Counted from the stretch's first letter, positions 39,102-49,250 are shown. The stretch: DNA of 64,000 nt from Syntrophomonadaceae bacterium (GCA_035412805.1 DAONVO010000002.1:26-64025), one strand, 5' to 3'. Notes: a model not told the origin generated them from the sequence alone. Made by a program: numbers and translations.

Positions 39102-40412
39102 TTATTCCCCCTTAAATGCAGCTACCAGTCGATCAATATCCTGCCGGCTACGTTTTTCCGTAAAGGCCAGTAACATTCCACCCTCTATTTCCAAGCCGCC
39201 AATGATTCCCTGTTCTTGCAAACGTCGGTTGATCGATCCCGCATCAGGAGTTTTAACGGCAAATTCACGGAAGAAGGGCTGATTGTACAACAGCGGGAAA
39301 CCAGCTTCCTCCAGCCGTTTCTGGGCATATACAGCCAGTTGATGGCAGCGCAGGGCAATTTGTTTCAGTCCACGGGGACCCATTAAAGTCAGGTAAATAG
39401 CTGCTGCCAGAGCGTTTAAAGCCTGATTGGAACATATGTTGGAACCTGCTTTTTCCCGGCGAATATGCTGTTCCCGGGCCTGCAAAGTCAGTACAAATCC
39501 CCGCCTGTCTTCCAGGTCAGTAGTTTGTCCCACAATTCTTCCCGGAATCTTGCGCATCAAGGGCCGGGTAACTGCCATGAAGCCCAAGTAAGGTCCTCCA
39601 AAGCTTAAGGGGTTTCCCAAAGGCTGACCTTCTCCAACAGCTATATCGGCTCCCCAAGCTCCCGGGGGTTTTAGAATAGCCAGGGAGAGAGGATCTACAG
39701 CCATTATCAGCAATCCCCCTGCTTCGTGGATTAAATCGGCGGCTGCTCCTACCGGTTCCAGATGGCCAAAAAAGTTGGGGTGCTGTACCACCAGCGCTGC
39801 TGCCTGATTTTTCGCCAGGTCGGATACCGCATTTAAGTCCATGATCCCATTGGGACAAGGTACAAACACCGGCTCAAAATGCCCGGATAGAGCATAAGTT
39901 TCCAATACTTGCTTATATTCGGGGTGAACTGTTTCCGGCACCACTACCAGCTTTTTACGGGTATGCACAGCGGCCAGGGTACAGGCTTCCGCCAGGGCGG
40001 TTGCTCCGTCATATAAGGAAGCATTGGAGACATCCATCTCGGTTAGCTGGCATATCATGGTCTGGTATTCAAATATTCCCTGCAAAATACCCTGACTGAT
40101 CTCCGGCTGGTAGGGGGTGTATGAAGTGTAAAATTCTGACCTGAGCAACAATTGCTCCAGAGCTGCCGGTATGTAACTGTCATAAGCTCCGGCCCCTAGA
40201 AAGCAGGGATGATCGGCAGCAGGAACGTTCCTGGCTGCTAATGCTGTCAGCAGTGACTTTAGCTCTATTTCACTCATTTCCGGCGGCAGATCAAGGGGGC
40301 GGTCCATTTTCACCTCATCAGGGATATCCTCAAAAAGCTCTTCTATATGCTGTAGCCCCAAGCTTTCCAGCATTTCCTGAACCACCGCATCAGTGTTGGG
40401 AGTAAACCTCAT
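39102..40412 (-). CDS. gcvPA: glycine dehydrogenase (decarboxylating) subunit 1
   Basis: 436 aa, P-protein N-terminal subunit, adjacent to gcvPB and gcvH. Confidence 0.93.
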   Translation of the reverse strand: MRFTPNTDAVVQEMLESLGLQHIEELFEDIPDEVKMDRPLDLPPEMSEIELKSLLTALAARNVPAADHPCFLGAGAYDSYIPAALEQLLLRSEFYTSYTPYQPEISQGILQGIFEYQTMICQLTEMDVSNASLYDGATALAEACTLAAVHTRKKLVVVPETVHPEYKQVLETYALSGHFEPVFVPCPNGIMDLNAVSDLAKNQAAALVVQHPNFFGHLEPVGAAADLIHEAGGLLIMAVDPLSLAILKPPGAWGADIAVGEGQPLGNPLSFGGPYLGFMAVTRPLMRKIPGRIVGQTTDLEDRRGFVLTLQAREQHIRREKAGSNICSNQALNALAAAIYLTLMGPRGLKQIALRCHQLAVYAQKRLEEAGFPLLYNQPFFREFAVKTPDAGSINRRLQEQGIIGGLEIEGGMLLAFTEKRSRQDIDRLVAAFKGE

Positions 40413-40426
40413 TGGTCATCGTCCCC

Positions 40427-40822
40427 CTAACCTAATTCTTGTTCCTGTTCGCGGCAGAACTGTTCATACTCTTCGGGAGTCATAAGCTCCTCCACTTCAC
40501 TGGGATCATCCATTTCAATTATGGCAATGAACTGTTCATAAGGTTCCTGATTCAGCAGTTCCGGGCTATCTTCCAGGGACTCATTAATCTCCATAACCTT
40601 TCCGCTGACCGGTGTATATACTGAAGCTACCGCTTTCACTGACTCAACCACTGCCACAGCTTCGCCGTTGGCTACCTGGGCATCAAGCTCGGGTAATTCC
40701 ACAAAGACTATGTCACCCAGATGCTCCTGAGCAAAGTCAGTAATACCTAAAATAGCCCTATCTCCTTCTACCTTCAACCATTCATGTTCATTGGTGTACA
40801 GCAAATTAGTTGGCACCTTCAT
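40427..40822 (-). CDS. gcvH: glycine cleavage system H protein
   Basis: 131 aa with the lipoyl-lysine motif VESVKAV. Confidence 0.95.
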   Translation of the reverse strand: MKVPTNLLYTNEHEWLKVEGDRAILGITDFAQEHLGDIVFVELPELDAQVANGEAVAVVESVKAVASVYTPVSGKVMEINESLEDSPELLNQEPYEQFIAIIEMDDPSEVEELMTPEEYEQFCREQEQELG

Positions 40823-40839
40823 TATTATCCCTCCTAGAT

Positions 40840-41940
40840 TTATTTCTGGGGCCGCTTGTAGAAAGCTCCCCGGGTGACTCTGGCCGGTATTAACTTGGAT
40901 CGAATCATTATTTCAATATCTACACCTGGCTCACTCCAGCGGCTCTGCACCAGAGCTAAGCCCATGGGTTTACCCAAAGTGGGAGCATGGCCCCCGGAGG
41001 TAACATAACCTATGTTCTCTCCATTCTTGTATACTTCATAGTGAGAGCGGGGAATACCCTTGCCAATCATCTCGAACTCAACCAGGGTACGCATAGGCTG
41101 GTTTTCTCGCTGTTTTAGCAAGGCATCCCGGCCGATAAAATCACCGCTGTCCAGCTTAACAAAGGTACTTAAACCGGCTTCCAGCGGAGTTATATCGGGT
41201 CCTAACTCCTGTCCGTACAAGGGCAGTTTGGCTTCAAAACGCAAAGTATCCCGGGCTCCAAGCCCAGCCGGAACTATGTTTTCACCACCGGCTTCAATAA
41301 TTTTTTCCCATAATTCTGCCGCCTGAGCTGCTGGTAGATAAATTTCAAATCCGTCCTCACCGGTGTAACCGGTTCGTGATACCATGCACTCGATTCCCGC
41401 CATTTTCACCTGGGGCTCAAACCAGAAAAATCGAATCTGGGACAAATCTGTATCGCTGATTTTCTGTAGAATTTCCTGGGCTTTAGGCCCCTGCACCGCT
41501 ATTTGTGCGTATTGTTCAGAAACATTGGCAACCTGGATGCCCTCCGGCGCATGGCTTAGTATCCACTGGTAATCCTTGTCTGTATTACTGGCATTAACTA
41601 CTAGCAGATAATGTTGTTCCGAAAAACGGTAAACCAGTAAATCGTCCACCACACCACCGTCAGGGTAGCACATCAAAGTATACTGAACCTGCTTGTCCTT
41701 GAGTTTGGTAACATCATTGGTCATAAGATAGCGGGTAAATTCCTGAGCTTTGGCCCCGGTGATTTCTATTTCTCCCATGTGGGATACATCAAAAATCCCC
41801 GCTTTTCCTCTTACCATATGGTGCTCCTGTATAATACCGGTATACTGAACCGGTAGTTCCCATCCGCCAAAATCAATCATTTTGCCTCCATGCCGCTGAT
41901 GTATCTCATACAGAGGCGTCCGTTTCAGCGAATCGCTCAC
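40840..41940 (-). CDS. gcvT: aminomethyltransferase (glycine cleavage T protein)
   Basis: GcvT pattern starting at SDSLKRTPLYEIH. GTG at 41940 follows the GGGAGGAG RBS; the track ORF extends to 42021. Confidence 0.92.
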   Translation of the reverse strand: MSDSLKRTPLYEIHQRHGGKMIDFGGWELPVQYTGIIQEHHMVRGKAGIFDVSHMGEIEITGAKAQEFTRYLMTNDVTKLKDKQVQYTLMCYPDGGVVDDLLVYRFSEQHYLLVVNASNTDKDYQWILSHAPEGIQVANVSEQYAQIAVQGPKAQEILQKISDTDLSQIRFFWFEPQVKMAGIECMVSRTGYTGEDGFEIYLPAAQAAELWEKIIEAGGENIVPAGLGARDTLRFEAKLPLYGQELGPDITPLEAGLSTFVKLDSGDFIGRDALLKQRENQPMRTLVEFEMIGKGIPRSHYEVYKNGENIGYVTSGGHAPTLGKPMGLALVQSRWSEPGVDIEIMIRSKLIPARVTRGAFYKRPQK

Positions 41941-42071
41941 CAATACTCCTCCCTTCTGATATGGCAAATCTGTTGCATCCACATTAACAGTATTGAGCCA
42001 GCGGCCCTTGACTATCCCCATCTATATCAAGCTGATCAAAGCGATGCAGTTTTATCTTGGTCAAATCACTG

Positions 42072-42533
42072 TTAAATCAGCAGTATTGCCGGATCAAGAC
42101 TATTTCTCTCGATACTGATAATGGCATAGGTTCCCCGGTTTGACAAGCCCCGTGGATAAGTGGGACTGCCTGGATTAATCATCCAAATATCATCTATTTT
42201 CTGGCAAAAGGGAATATGGGTGTGGCCAAAAACAGCCACCTGGGCTCCAACCTCCTGGGTTCTATAAAACAGTGACTGCATCCCCCTTTTTACTCCCCAA
42301 CGATGTCCGTGAGTCAGGAAAAACTTCCGGCCGGATAATTCTATTACTCTTTCTTTTTCTCCTGCTTCACTGGGATCACAATTTCCAACCACGCTGTATA
42401 CCGGCAAATTCAGCTGTTTGGCCAGAAGCCGCCCATCCTGAATATGATCGCCAGTAAATAGAATTATATCCACAGCGTGTTTTTTTATAGCCTCCCTGAC
42501 TTTGCTCACCTGACCGTGGGTGTCTCCGGTCAC
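42072..42533 (-). CDS. metallophosphoesterase, YfcE/MJ0936 family
   Basis: 153 aa with the motifs GDTHG, GDH, GNCD, HGH and GHTH. Confidence 0.85.
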   Translation of the reverse strand: MTGDTHGQVSKVREAIKKHAVDIILFTGDHIQDGRLLAKQLNLPVYSVVGNCDPSEAGEKERVIELSGRKFFLTHGHRWGVKRGMQSLFYRTQEVGAQVAVFGHTHIPFCQKIDDIWMINPGSPTYPRGLSNRGTYAIISIERNSLDPAILLI

Positions 42534-42563
42534 CGCGATTTTCAGCGTTTTCCCCTCCTGATC

Positions 42564-43175
42564 TTATGACCGTCTTGCAGCCCAGTATTCCTTTAATACC
42601 GGTAAGGCTTTGGATAAGGCTGCGCCCCGATGACTAATACGGTTTTTCTCAGCAGCGGACAGCTGGGCATATGTTTGCTTATACCCATTGGGAATAAACA
42701 AAGGGTCATAGCCAAAGCCCCCACTTCCTGCAGGAACCCGGGCAATAGTACCGGAACACTCTCCCCGTACTGTTTTTACGACACCATGAGCATCACATAT
42801 AGCTATTACTGATACAAAGCGAGCCGAGCGTTTTTCATCGGGTACGGACTCCATTAATTTTAATAATTTATTATTATTCTCTTCATCGCTGGCATGTTCT
42901 CCGGCAAATCGAGCAGAATATACCCCGGGCTTGCCCTGCAGAGCATCAACTTCCAGACCTGAATCATCAGCCAGACTCAGTATTCCGGTAGCCAGAGCAG
43001 TTGCACAGGCTTTCTTAACAGCATTGGCTTCAAAAGTATCCCCATCTTCTTCGACTTCGGGAATAGCATCAACATCTTCCAGGGTAAGAATCTCTACCTC
43101 CATATCAGCCAACAGTTCCTGCAATTCCCTTTTTTTGTGCTGGTTGCGGGTTGCCAGTAATAGTTGTTTTTTCAT
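42564..43175 (-). CDS. rdgB: dITP/XTP pyrophosphatase (RdgB/HAM1)
   Basis: 203 aa with HAM1 motifs ([27 protein letters not shown]). Confidence 0.92.
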   Translation of the reverse strand: MKKQLLLATRNQHKKRELQELLADMEVEILTLEDVDAIPEVEEDGDTFEANAVKKACATALATGILSLADDSGLEVDALQGKPGVYSARFAGEHASDEENNNKLLKLMESVPDEKRSARFVSVIAICDAHGVVKTVRGECSGTIARVPAGSGGFGYDPLFIPNGYKQTYAQLSAAEKNRISHRGAALSKALPVLKEYWAARRS

Positions 43176-43894
43176 GCTTCCCCCACAACCTGCTGCTGTT
43201 GCTCAATAAGCTGCCGAATGCCCTTTTCCGCCAGAGCCAGCAGGGTATCCAGTTCCTGGCGGCTAAAGGTTTGGCCCTCAGCAGTTCCCTGGATTTCTAC
43301 AAAGGTTCCCTGACCGGTCATAACCACATTCATATCTACATCAGCGATAGAATCCTCCGCATACTCCAGGTCCAGTACGGGCTGACCATCCACAATGCCT
43401 ACACTTACAGCAGCCACAAAGTCTTTAATAGGGAAGGCCTCGATCAACCCTTCCGCCTGGAGTTTCTTAAGAGCTAAATACAAGGCCACAAAACTGCCGG
43501 TAATAGATGCGGTTCTGGTACCTCCATCAGCCTGGATCACATCACAGTCGATCCATATCGTACGTTCTCCCAAAAGCTGCAGATCTACTACCGCCCGCAA
43601 AGCCCTGCCAATAAGCCTTTGAATCTCGGAAGTTCGTCCGCTGACTTTGCCGCGAGCAGCTTCCCGGGCAGTACGGGTTTCTGTAGAAGACGGCAGCAAT
43701 GAATATTCAGCTGTTATCCAGCCGCTGCCGGTTCCCTTTAAAAAAGGCGGCACCTTTTCCTCTACCATAGCTGAGCACAATACCCTGGTATCACCGGCTT
43801 CGATCAGAACAGATCCCTGGGGGTATTTTACAAACCCAGCCGTCATTTGCACCGGTCGCATTTCGTCATATTTACGATCATTAGGTCTGCCCAT
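43172..43894 (-). CDS. rph: ribonuclease PH
   Basis: 240 aa with RNase PH motifs ([29 protein letters not shown]). Confidence 0.95.
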   Translation of the reverse strand: MGRPNDRKYDEMRPVQMTAGFVKYPQGSVLIEAGDTRVLCSAMVEEKVPPFLKGTGSGWITAEYSLLPSSTETRTAREAARGKVSGRTSEIQRLIGRALRAVVDLQLLGERTIWIDCDVIQADGGTRTASITGSFVALYLALKKLQAEGLIEAFPIKDFVAAVSVGIVDGQPVLDLEYAEDSIADVDMNVVMTGQGTFVEIQGTAEGQTFSRQELDTLLALAEKGIRQLIEQQQQVVGEA

Positions 43895-43953
43895 AACCTA
43901 CCTCCACCTATATGTATTTATTTTCAGCACCTTTATCCCAAAAACAAGGCTTA

Positions 43954-44487
43954 TCAGGTCCAACTTTTATATACTGAATTACCTTGGTTATCTATGGCAA
44001 CTATACAGGGAAAATCCTTAAACTCCATCTTTAACAAAGCCTCAGGACCCAACTCGGGATAGGCAACAATCTCTACGGATGTAATCCTCCGGGACAGGTA
44101 AACACCAGCCCCTCCCACTGCAGCCAGGTAAACCGCACCATATTTAATCATGGCATCTTTAACTATCTGACTGCGGTCACCCTTTCCGATCATAGCCTTC
44201 AGCCCTCTGGCAAGTAAAGCCGGGGTATAAACATCCATACGGCTGCTGGTGGTGGGACCGGCTGAGCCGATTATACGTCCGGGCGGAGCCGGACAGGGCC
44301 CCACATAATAAATAATCTGTCCAGTGATATCGAAGGGCAGCTGGTCACCTGACTCCAGGGCTGCTATCATTTTTTGGTGGGCAGCATCCCGGGCGGCATA
44401 TACTGTTCCCTGTACCAGTACTTCGTCCCCGGCCTTAAGTTGCTGCAATATGCTGTTTTCCAGCGGTGCCCTTAGAATATGGGTCAC
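43954..44487 (-). CDS. class I fumarate/tartrate hydro-lyase, beta subunit
   Basis: 177 aa, Fe-S hydro-lyase beta-type domain (GTVYAARDAAH...GPTTSSRMD). Confidence 0.85.
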   Translation of the reverse strand: MTHILRAPLENSILQQLKAGDEVLVQGTVYAARDAAHQKMIAALESGDQLPFDITGQIIYYVGPCPAPPGRIIGSAGPTTSSRMDVYTPALLARGLKAMIGKGDRSQIVKDAMIKYGAVYLAAVGGAGVYLSRRITSVEIVAYPELGPEALLKMEFKDFPCIVAIDNQGNSVYKSWT

Positions 44488-44506
44488 CTGCTTCCCCTCC
44501 TTCTAG

Positions 44507-45349
44507 TTATATCTTCACTACCGCCCGGCGGGTGGAGTGGCAGTTCAGACTTACAGCCACCGGAAGGCTTGCGATGTGGGTTGGGTACACTTCCATATTA
44601 ACTGCCAGGGCAGTAATGTCTCCCCCCAGCCCCTGGGGTCCGATACCTAACTGGTTAATAGCTTGCAGGAGTTCCGCTTCTTTTTCGGCAATTTTGGGAT
44701 CGGGATGAGGCCTGTTTATAGGTCGTAACAGCGCCTTTTTGGCAAGAAAACAAGCTTTCTCCAGGTTTCCGCCCATCCCCACTCCTACGATAATAGGAGG
44801 ACAGGGATTAGCATTGGCTATTCTCACTGTTTCAACTACAAACTGACGGGCTCCTGCCCAACCCTCAGCAGGTTTCAGCATAGCAGTGCGGCTCATATTC
44901 TCGCTTCCCGCTCCTTTTGGGAATACGGTAATTACCACTTCTTCCCCGTCAGTTAATTCCAGATGCACAATTGCCGGGGTATTATCCCCGGTATTTATCC
45001 GGTTTAAAGGGTCTTTTACCATGGAGGCCCGGAAATAACCAGCCTTATATCCTTCCCGCACACCTTGATTGATAGCCTGGTATACATTACCGCCGTCCAA
45101 ATGTACTTCCTGTCCAAGTTCAATATGTACCGTTACCAGACCAGTATCCTGACATAAAGGCATGCCTTCCTCTTGAGCCTGACGGGCATTTTCCAAAATA
45201 ATTTCCAGCAGGCGCCGAGCCCGGGGCACGGTTTCCAGATCCCGAGCTTTCTGCAATCCTTCTAAAACATCAGCTGGTAACTGAGTATTAGCAGTGATTA
45301 CCGCCTTGCTAACTGCCTCTTTTATTTTCTCCACATCTACTATGCGCAT
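44507..45349 (-). CDS. class I fumarate/tartrate hydro-lyase, alpha subunit
   Basis: 280 aa, alpha-type catalytic domain with cluster Cys residues (PLCQDTG, NPCPP). Confidence 0.85.
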   Translation of the reverse strand: MRIVDVEKIKEAVSKAVITANTQLPADVLEGLQKARDLETVPRARRLLEIILENARQAQEEGMPLCQDTGLVTVHIELGQEVHLDGGNVYQAINQGVREGYKAGYFRASMVKDPLNRINTGDNTPAIVHLELTDGEEVVITVFPKGAGSENMSRTAMLKPAEGWAGARQFVVETVRIANANPCPPIIVGVGMGGNLEKACFLAKKALLRPINRPHPDPKIAEKEAELLQAINQLGIGPQGLGGDITALAVNMEVYPTHIASLPVAVSLNCHSTRRAVVKI

Positions 45350-45366
45350 AGCTCATTCCGCCTAAT

Positions 45367-46110
45367 TTATATAGTTATCGCCAAATCAGGGGCGGCCATA
45401 ATCAGCTTGCCCTGGTATTCCTGTTCAATCTCCCGCTGCAACACAAGTACATCATACTCCGGCCAAAAGTGAGTAGCCAGCAATACCCCAACACCACCTT
45501 CCCGAGCCAGCCTTCCGGCCTCGGTGGTAGTCAAATGGCCTAATTGTTGAGCGAAATCACCTTCCACAGCCATTAAGGTACATTCACACAGCAGCAGATC
45601 CGTCCCTTTTTTGACTTCATCCATTAATGACCAGCTAATGCTGGTATCAGCAGTATATACTAGGGACTGGTTCTGGTTTTCCACCCTGACCCCAAAAGAA
45701 GGCAGGGAATGGTGCACCGGGAAGGGCTGAACCCGCATATTTCCCACCATAAAAGCGCTGTTGGCAGTCAAAGTATTGACCTGCAATTCAGGCATGGCGG
45801 CAAATTCCTTATAGAGGTGGGCCGGTTCAGCAGGCAGGTAAACAGAAAGCGGCTGCTGCCGGGTTTTTAGGAACAAAGCAGCCCGGATCATATGCCGGAT
45901 GGCATACAGATCGACATAGTGATCAGGATGAAAATGACTAATTATGACTGCATCCAGTTGTTCTGCTGGTAACCAGCGGGTTAGCTGGGCAGCGACGCCA
46001 TGGCCGCAATCCAGTAGTAAATAAGAACTGTCGCTGGACACCAGATAGCCAGAACAGGCTTCGGCGGCACGGGGATAAGGTGTCCAGCATCCTATTGTCC
46101 TAAGCAGCAT
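45367..46110 (-). CDS. MBL-fold hydrolase (RNase Z-like fold)
   Basis: HFHPDH motif. ATG at 46110 follows GGAGGA and avoids the 38-nt overlap with the activase gene implied by the track ORF start at 46152. Confidence 0.75.
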   Translation of the reverse strand: MLLRTIGCWTPYPRAAEACSGYLVSSDSSYLLLDCGHGVAAQLTRWLPAEQLDAVIISHFHPDHYVDLYAIRHMIRAALFLKTRQQPLSVYLPAEPAHLYKEFAAMPELQVNTLTANSAFMVGNMRVQPFPVHHSLPSFGVRVENQNQSLVYTADTSISWSLMDEVKKGTDLLLCECTLMAVEGDFAQQLGHLTTTEAGRLAREGGVGVLLATHFWPEYDVLVLQREIEQEYQGKLIMAAPDLAITI

Positions 46111-46114
46111 TAGC

Positions 46115-46864
46115 TTACATTCCTCCAAAAACACAGCATCCAATGGCTCCATTATATTGAGGATCCGGCAGAGCCAAGACTTCCCGCCCAGTTTCCCGGG
46201 CTAGTATAGCTCGCAAGGCTTTATTTAATGCCACTCCACCGGATAGAACTAATAGTTCGCTGTCCAAACGTTTCAATAAAGGAGCCAGGCGGTGATAAAG
46301 TGCGTAATTAACTCCTGCCGCCAATTGAGGCAGGGAATAACCTTCCACTATACGGGCTACCAGTTCAGTTTCACCAAAGATGGCACAAGTAGCATTGATC
46401 TCAGCGGGATCTTGGTCATAACTAGACAATTCCTCCAGGCTTATATTCAATACCACCGCCATATTTTCCAGATAACGGCCAGAACTGGCAGCACAGCGAT
46501 CATTGGTTAGGAAATCGACTACCTTGCCGGACCGGATTAATATGACTTTAGAGTCCTGGCCGCCAATGTCTATAAGGGTAAATGATTCCTGCCCACTCTG
46601 GAATACTGCTCCCAAGGCATGGGCCTGAATCTCCGGTATCTGCCGGGCCCCGGCAATGGGTACGGCTAACTTGCCGTAACCGGTAGCAATTACCAGCTCA
46701 CGGCCCCAGCCGGCTTCTTCCAGATTAATCTGCAGCTGACCGGCTTGAACCCGTCCATATTGACGATAAAAGGTAATGGTGTCATGGATTTCCCTGCGGA
46801 TCACCTTCCCCTGCTCCATCTCCACCAATTTAACCTGGCGGGAGCCCAAATCAATGCCAATCAT
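46115..46864 (-). CDS. BcrAD/BadFG-type ATPase (activase of 2-hydroxyacyl-CoA-dehydratase-like enzymes)
   Basis: 249 aa, acetate/sugar-kinase fold with the two cluster-bridging Cys contexts (NDRCAASSGRYLE, ATCAIFGETE). Confidence 0.85.
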   Translation of the reverse strand: MIGIDLGSRQVKLVEMEQGKVIRREIHDTITFYRQYGRVQAGQLQINLEEAGWGRELVIATGYGKLAVPIAGARQIPEIQAHALGAVFQSGQESFTLIDIGGQDSKVILIRSGKVVDFLTNDRCAASSGRYLENMAVVLNISLEELSSYDQDPAEINATCAIFGETELVARIVEGYSLPQLAAGVNYALYHRLAPLLKRLDSELLVLSGGVALNKALRAILARETGREVLALPDPQYNGAIGCCVFGGM

Positions 46865-46877
46865 CAGCAGCCCTCCG

Positions 46878-47852
46878 CTATTTCAGCATATTGATAAACG
46901 CTTCCAGGCGCAGACGACTGCGGGCGTCTACCTTGCCTGGCTTATCACCTTCCAAAGTGAGAAAGGGCAATTTCAGCCTTTGCCGGTAAATCAAATCCTC
47001 TATCTGACGATAGCAAAAAGTCTGGGTATAGTGAATAACTCCCTGCACTTGCCGCTTTTGTATCTGCTCCTCCAAATCAGCTAACCTGGCAAAGGCTCCA
47101 TAAGGATAAGTATAGCGCATATACTGCTCGACAATATCATTGGTGAGGTATGGCATAGAGAACTGGCGCTGCACTTCATTAAAAACTACCCGGGCACCTA
47201 GGGTTTCCAGCACTTGATAAAGATCGGTAAAAATAGGCGGTACCCCGATATAAGCCAGGCGCACCTGATCTGTAGCCGGCGGCCGCTGCCTGGCCTGGCT
47301 GATGAGCCTTTCCATTTCCCCTGCAAAACGGTCCGGGTCTCCTTCAAAATCACTGGTTGATACCAGCTTAATATGGTTTTCAAACCCGGTAACCTGGTTA
47401 TCTTTCCAAGTCATTTCATCCCAGGTCCAGCATAAGCGACGCACCTCATCCAACCGTTGCTTTTCCTTCTGCACCCGGGCTTCACTGACCCCAAATTGAT
47501 CCATTAATTTATGAAGGTTCATCCGCAATGCTTGCGGGTCGCGGTCATAGGGAAAGGCAAAGGGAATCATCTTAATTCCCTGCAATTCCAAGGTTTCCAT
47601 AAGAGCCTGGGTATTGGAGCAGTCCCCCTGCATAACGGCTATAACTGCTTCCAGCTCAGTGGTCAAGGCCGCGGTATACAGTCCTTTAATCCATCCGCAG
47701 GTAGTGCGAGGATAACCGGCTTCTTCAGCTTGATCCACCATATCCTGGGGGTGATCAGAACCGATAAATAAATTATTCAAATCCACTGGCTCTTTTCCTG
47801 CCGCCAGCAATACTTCCACCGGTATAGTGGTGGTAAATCCAACTCTCCCCAT
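46878..47852 (-). CDS. 2-hydroxyacyl-CoA dehydratase family protein (single short subunit, YjiM-like)
   Basis: 324 aa, HGD-D-type fold with three conserved Cys (TTCGW, GDCSN, TFCYRQ). No second dehydratase subunit is nearby. Confidence 0.75.
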   Translation of the reverse strand: MGRVGFTTTIPVEVLLAAGKEPVDLNNLFIGSDHPQDMVDQAEEAGYPRTTCGWIKGLYTAALTTELEAVIAVMQGDCSNTQALMETLELQGIKMIPFAFPYDRDPQALRMNLHKLMDQFGVSEARVQKEKQRLDEVRRLCWTWDEMTWKDNQVTGFENHIKLVSTSDFEGDPDRFAGEMERLISQARQRPPATDQVRLAYIGVPPIFTDLYQVLETLGARVVFNEVQRQFSMPYLTNDIVEQYMRYTYPYGAFARLADLEEQIQKRQVQGVIHYTQTFCYRQIEDLIYRQRLKLPFLTLEGDKPGKVDARSRLRLEAFINMLK

Positions 47853-47882
47853 GCTAGTTGCAACTCCTTAAATAACTAAACC

Positions 47883-48683
47883 TCAATCGAGAAAAACCTG
47901 TTCCACCTTCTGAATGACATCACCAATTAACAACTTCCCCACGGTGAAAAAGGATTCCTGGTTGCCACTGACATAAAACTGCCGCTGTGGCTGCTCATTG
48001 GTTTGCCGGGCTAAATTCTGGCTCCGCAGAACCTGTTTCAGTTCCTCCACTGTAGCATGGGAGGGATCTATCAGAGTGACTTGGCTACCGGCAAATTCGG
48101 CTATTACCGGAGACAAGAAAGGATAATGGGTACAGCCTAAGACCAGAGTATCTATACCTTGATCCATTAGAGGGCCAATATATTCATGCACCGCTTGCCG
48201 GGTATCACTGTCATCCAGTTTACCAGACTCAACCAGAGGTACAAATTTAGGGCAGGCGATCTCCACAACGGTGCAGTCAGGACGCAGAGACTTGATTTCC
48301 CGGGTGAAAGTTCCACTGTTTACCGTAGCCTGGGTAGCCACTACGCCAATGCATTGATTTGATGTGGCATCCACCGCACTGCGCGCTGCTCCTTTTACCA
48401 CCCCTAACATAGGAATAGGATAATCGTTTATGATATGCTGCAGGGTAACCGATGAATGAGTCCCGCAGGCGACTACCACTGCTTTTACCGGAAACTGCCC
48501 GAAAAAAGCCATAATACTCCGGGCGTAGGTCATCAGTTGTTCGGGAGTCTTGTTTCCATAGGGTAAATGAGCCGTATCACCGAAGTAAATAAAATCTTCA
48601 TCAGGTAGTTCGGCCAGCAGAGTTTTTATGACAGTCAGGCCTCCCACACCCGAATCTAATACCCCGATGGGTTGTTTATTCAT
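47883..48683 (-). CDS. murI: glutamate racemase
   Basis: 266 aa with the DSGVGGL motif and two catalytic Cys motifs (VVACGTHS, LGCTHYP). Confidence 0.93.
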   Translation of the reverse strand: MNKQPIGVLDSGVGGLTVIKTLLAELPDEDFIYFGDTAHLPYGNKTPEQLMTYARSIMAFFGQFPVKAVVVACGTHSSVTLQHIINDYPIPMLGVVKGAARSAVDATSNQCIGVVATQATVNSGTFTREIKSLRPDCTVVEIACPKFVPLVESGKLDDSDTRQAVHEYIGPLMDQGIDTLVLGCTHYPFLSPVIAEFAGSQVTLIDPSHATVEELKQVLRSQNLARQTNEQPQRQFYVSGNQESFFTVGKLLIGDVIQKVEQVFLD

Positions 48684-48899
48684 TCAACAAACACCTCATT
48701 GAATGGGATCGGCAGCCTATTTTACCGTTCCCCAACATACACTAATTAATGTATCACTTTTATAATGGTAATGCCATTAATTAACCAAATACATTACATA
48801 CTCAACCAGTATTGTTGTGAAAACTCCTTTTACAGGAGTCGAAGTGTGACAGAAGGTTTGCCCTTAGCACTTGTGGCACAGGCCACGATAAGTGCAAAC

Positions 48900-49228
48900 A
48901 TCGCTGCACGGCTTAAGCAGGAAGTATTAGCCGGGTGAGCGACGTACGACGAGCCGTTGCAACACACGGCGAAACTGAGGGCTGCGAAACGGAGCGAGAA
49001 ACAGGATGTTTCGAGCAGCGAGAACTGAGTGCATGGATGCCGAATTCCGAGCGGTCCGTTTCGCACCGAAGTAAGCCGATGTGTTGCAGGTGAGGAGTCT
49101 TGGAGCGAGCCGGTTAATACCCCTGCATCCCGGCTAACACTCCTGCCGTGCCGTGGTAAGCTTAGACCGGCATAGAGTTTGCGCGCTCTTCGCGCTCACC
49201 AGAACACATAAGAAAGCATTTTCACAGG
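48900..49228 (+). repeat. full copy B of the structured interspersed element
   Basis: Collinear with 33946-34294. Core hairpin is at 48925-49119. The tail ends in ATTTTCACAGGAA. Confidence 0.85.
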
Positions 49229-49250
49229 AAGGAAGGGGTTATTGCCCCAC

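Noticed and set aside
41941-42071. Looked for a glycine riboswitch upstream of gcvT.
   Set aside because: None of the conserved aptamer sequence elements is present, and the gap is too short for a tandem aptamer.
45367-46152. 38-nt overlap between the MBL hydrolase ORF and the activase gene.
   Set aside because: An internal ATG at 46110 with a GGAGGA RBS removes the overlap. This was treated as start-codon over-extension, not as a programmed overlap.
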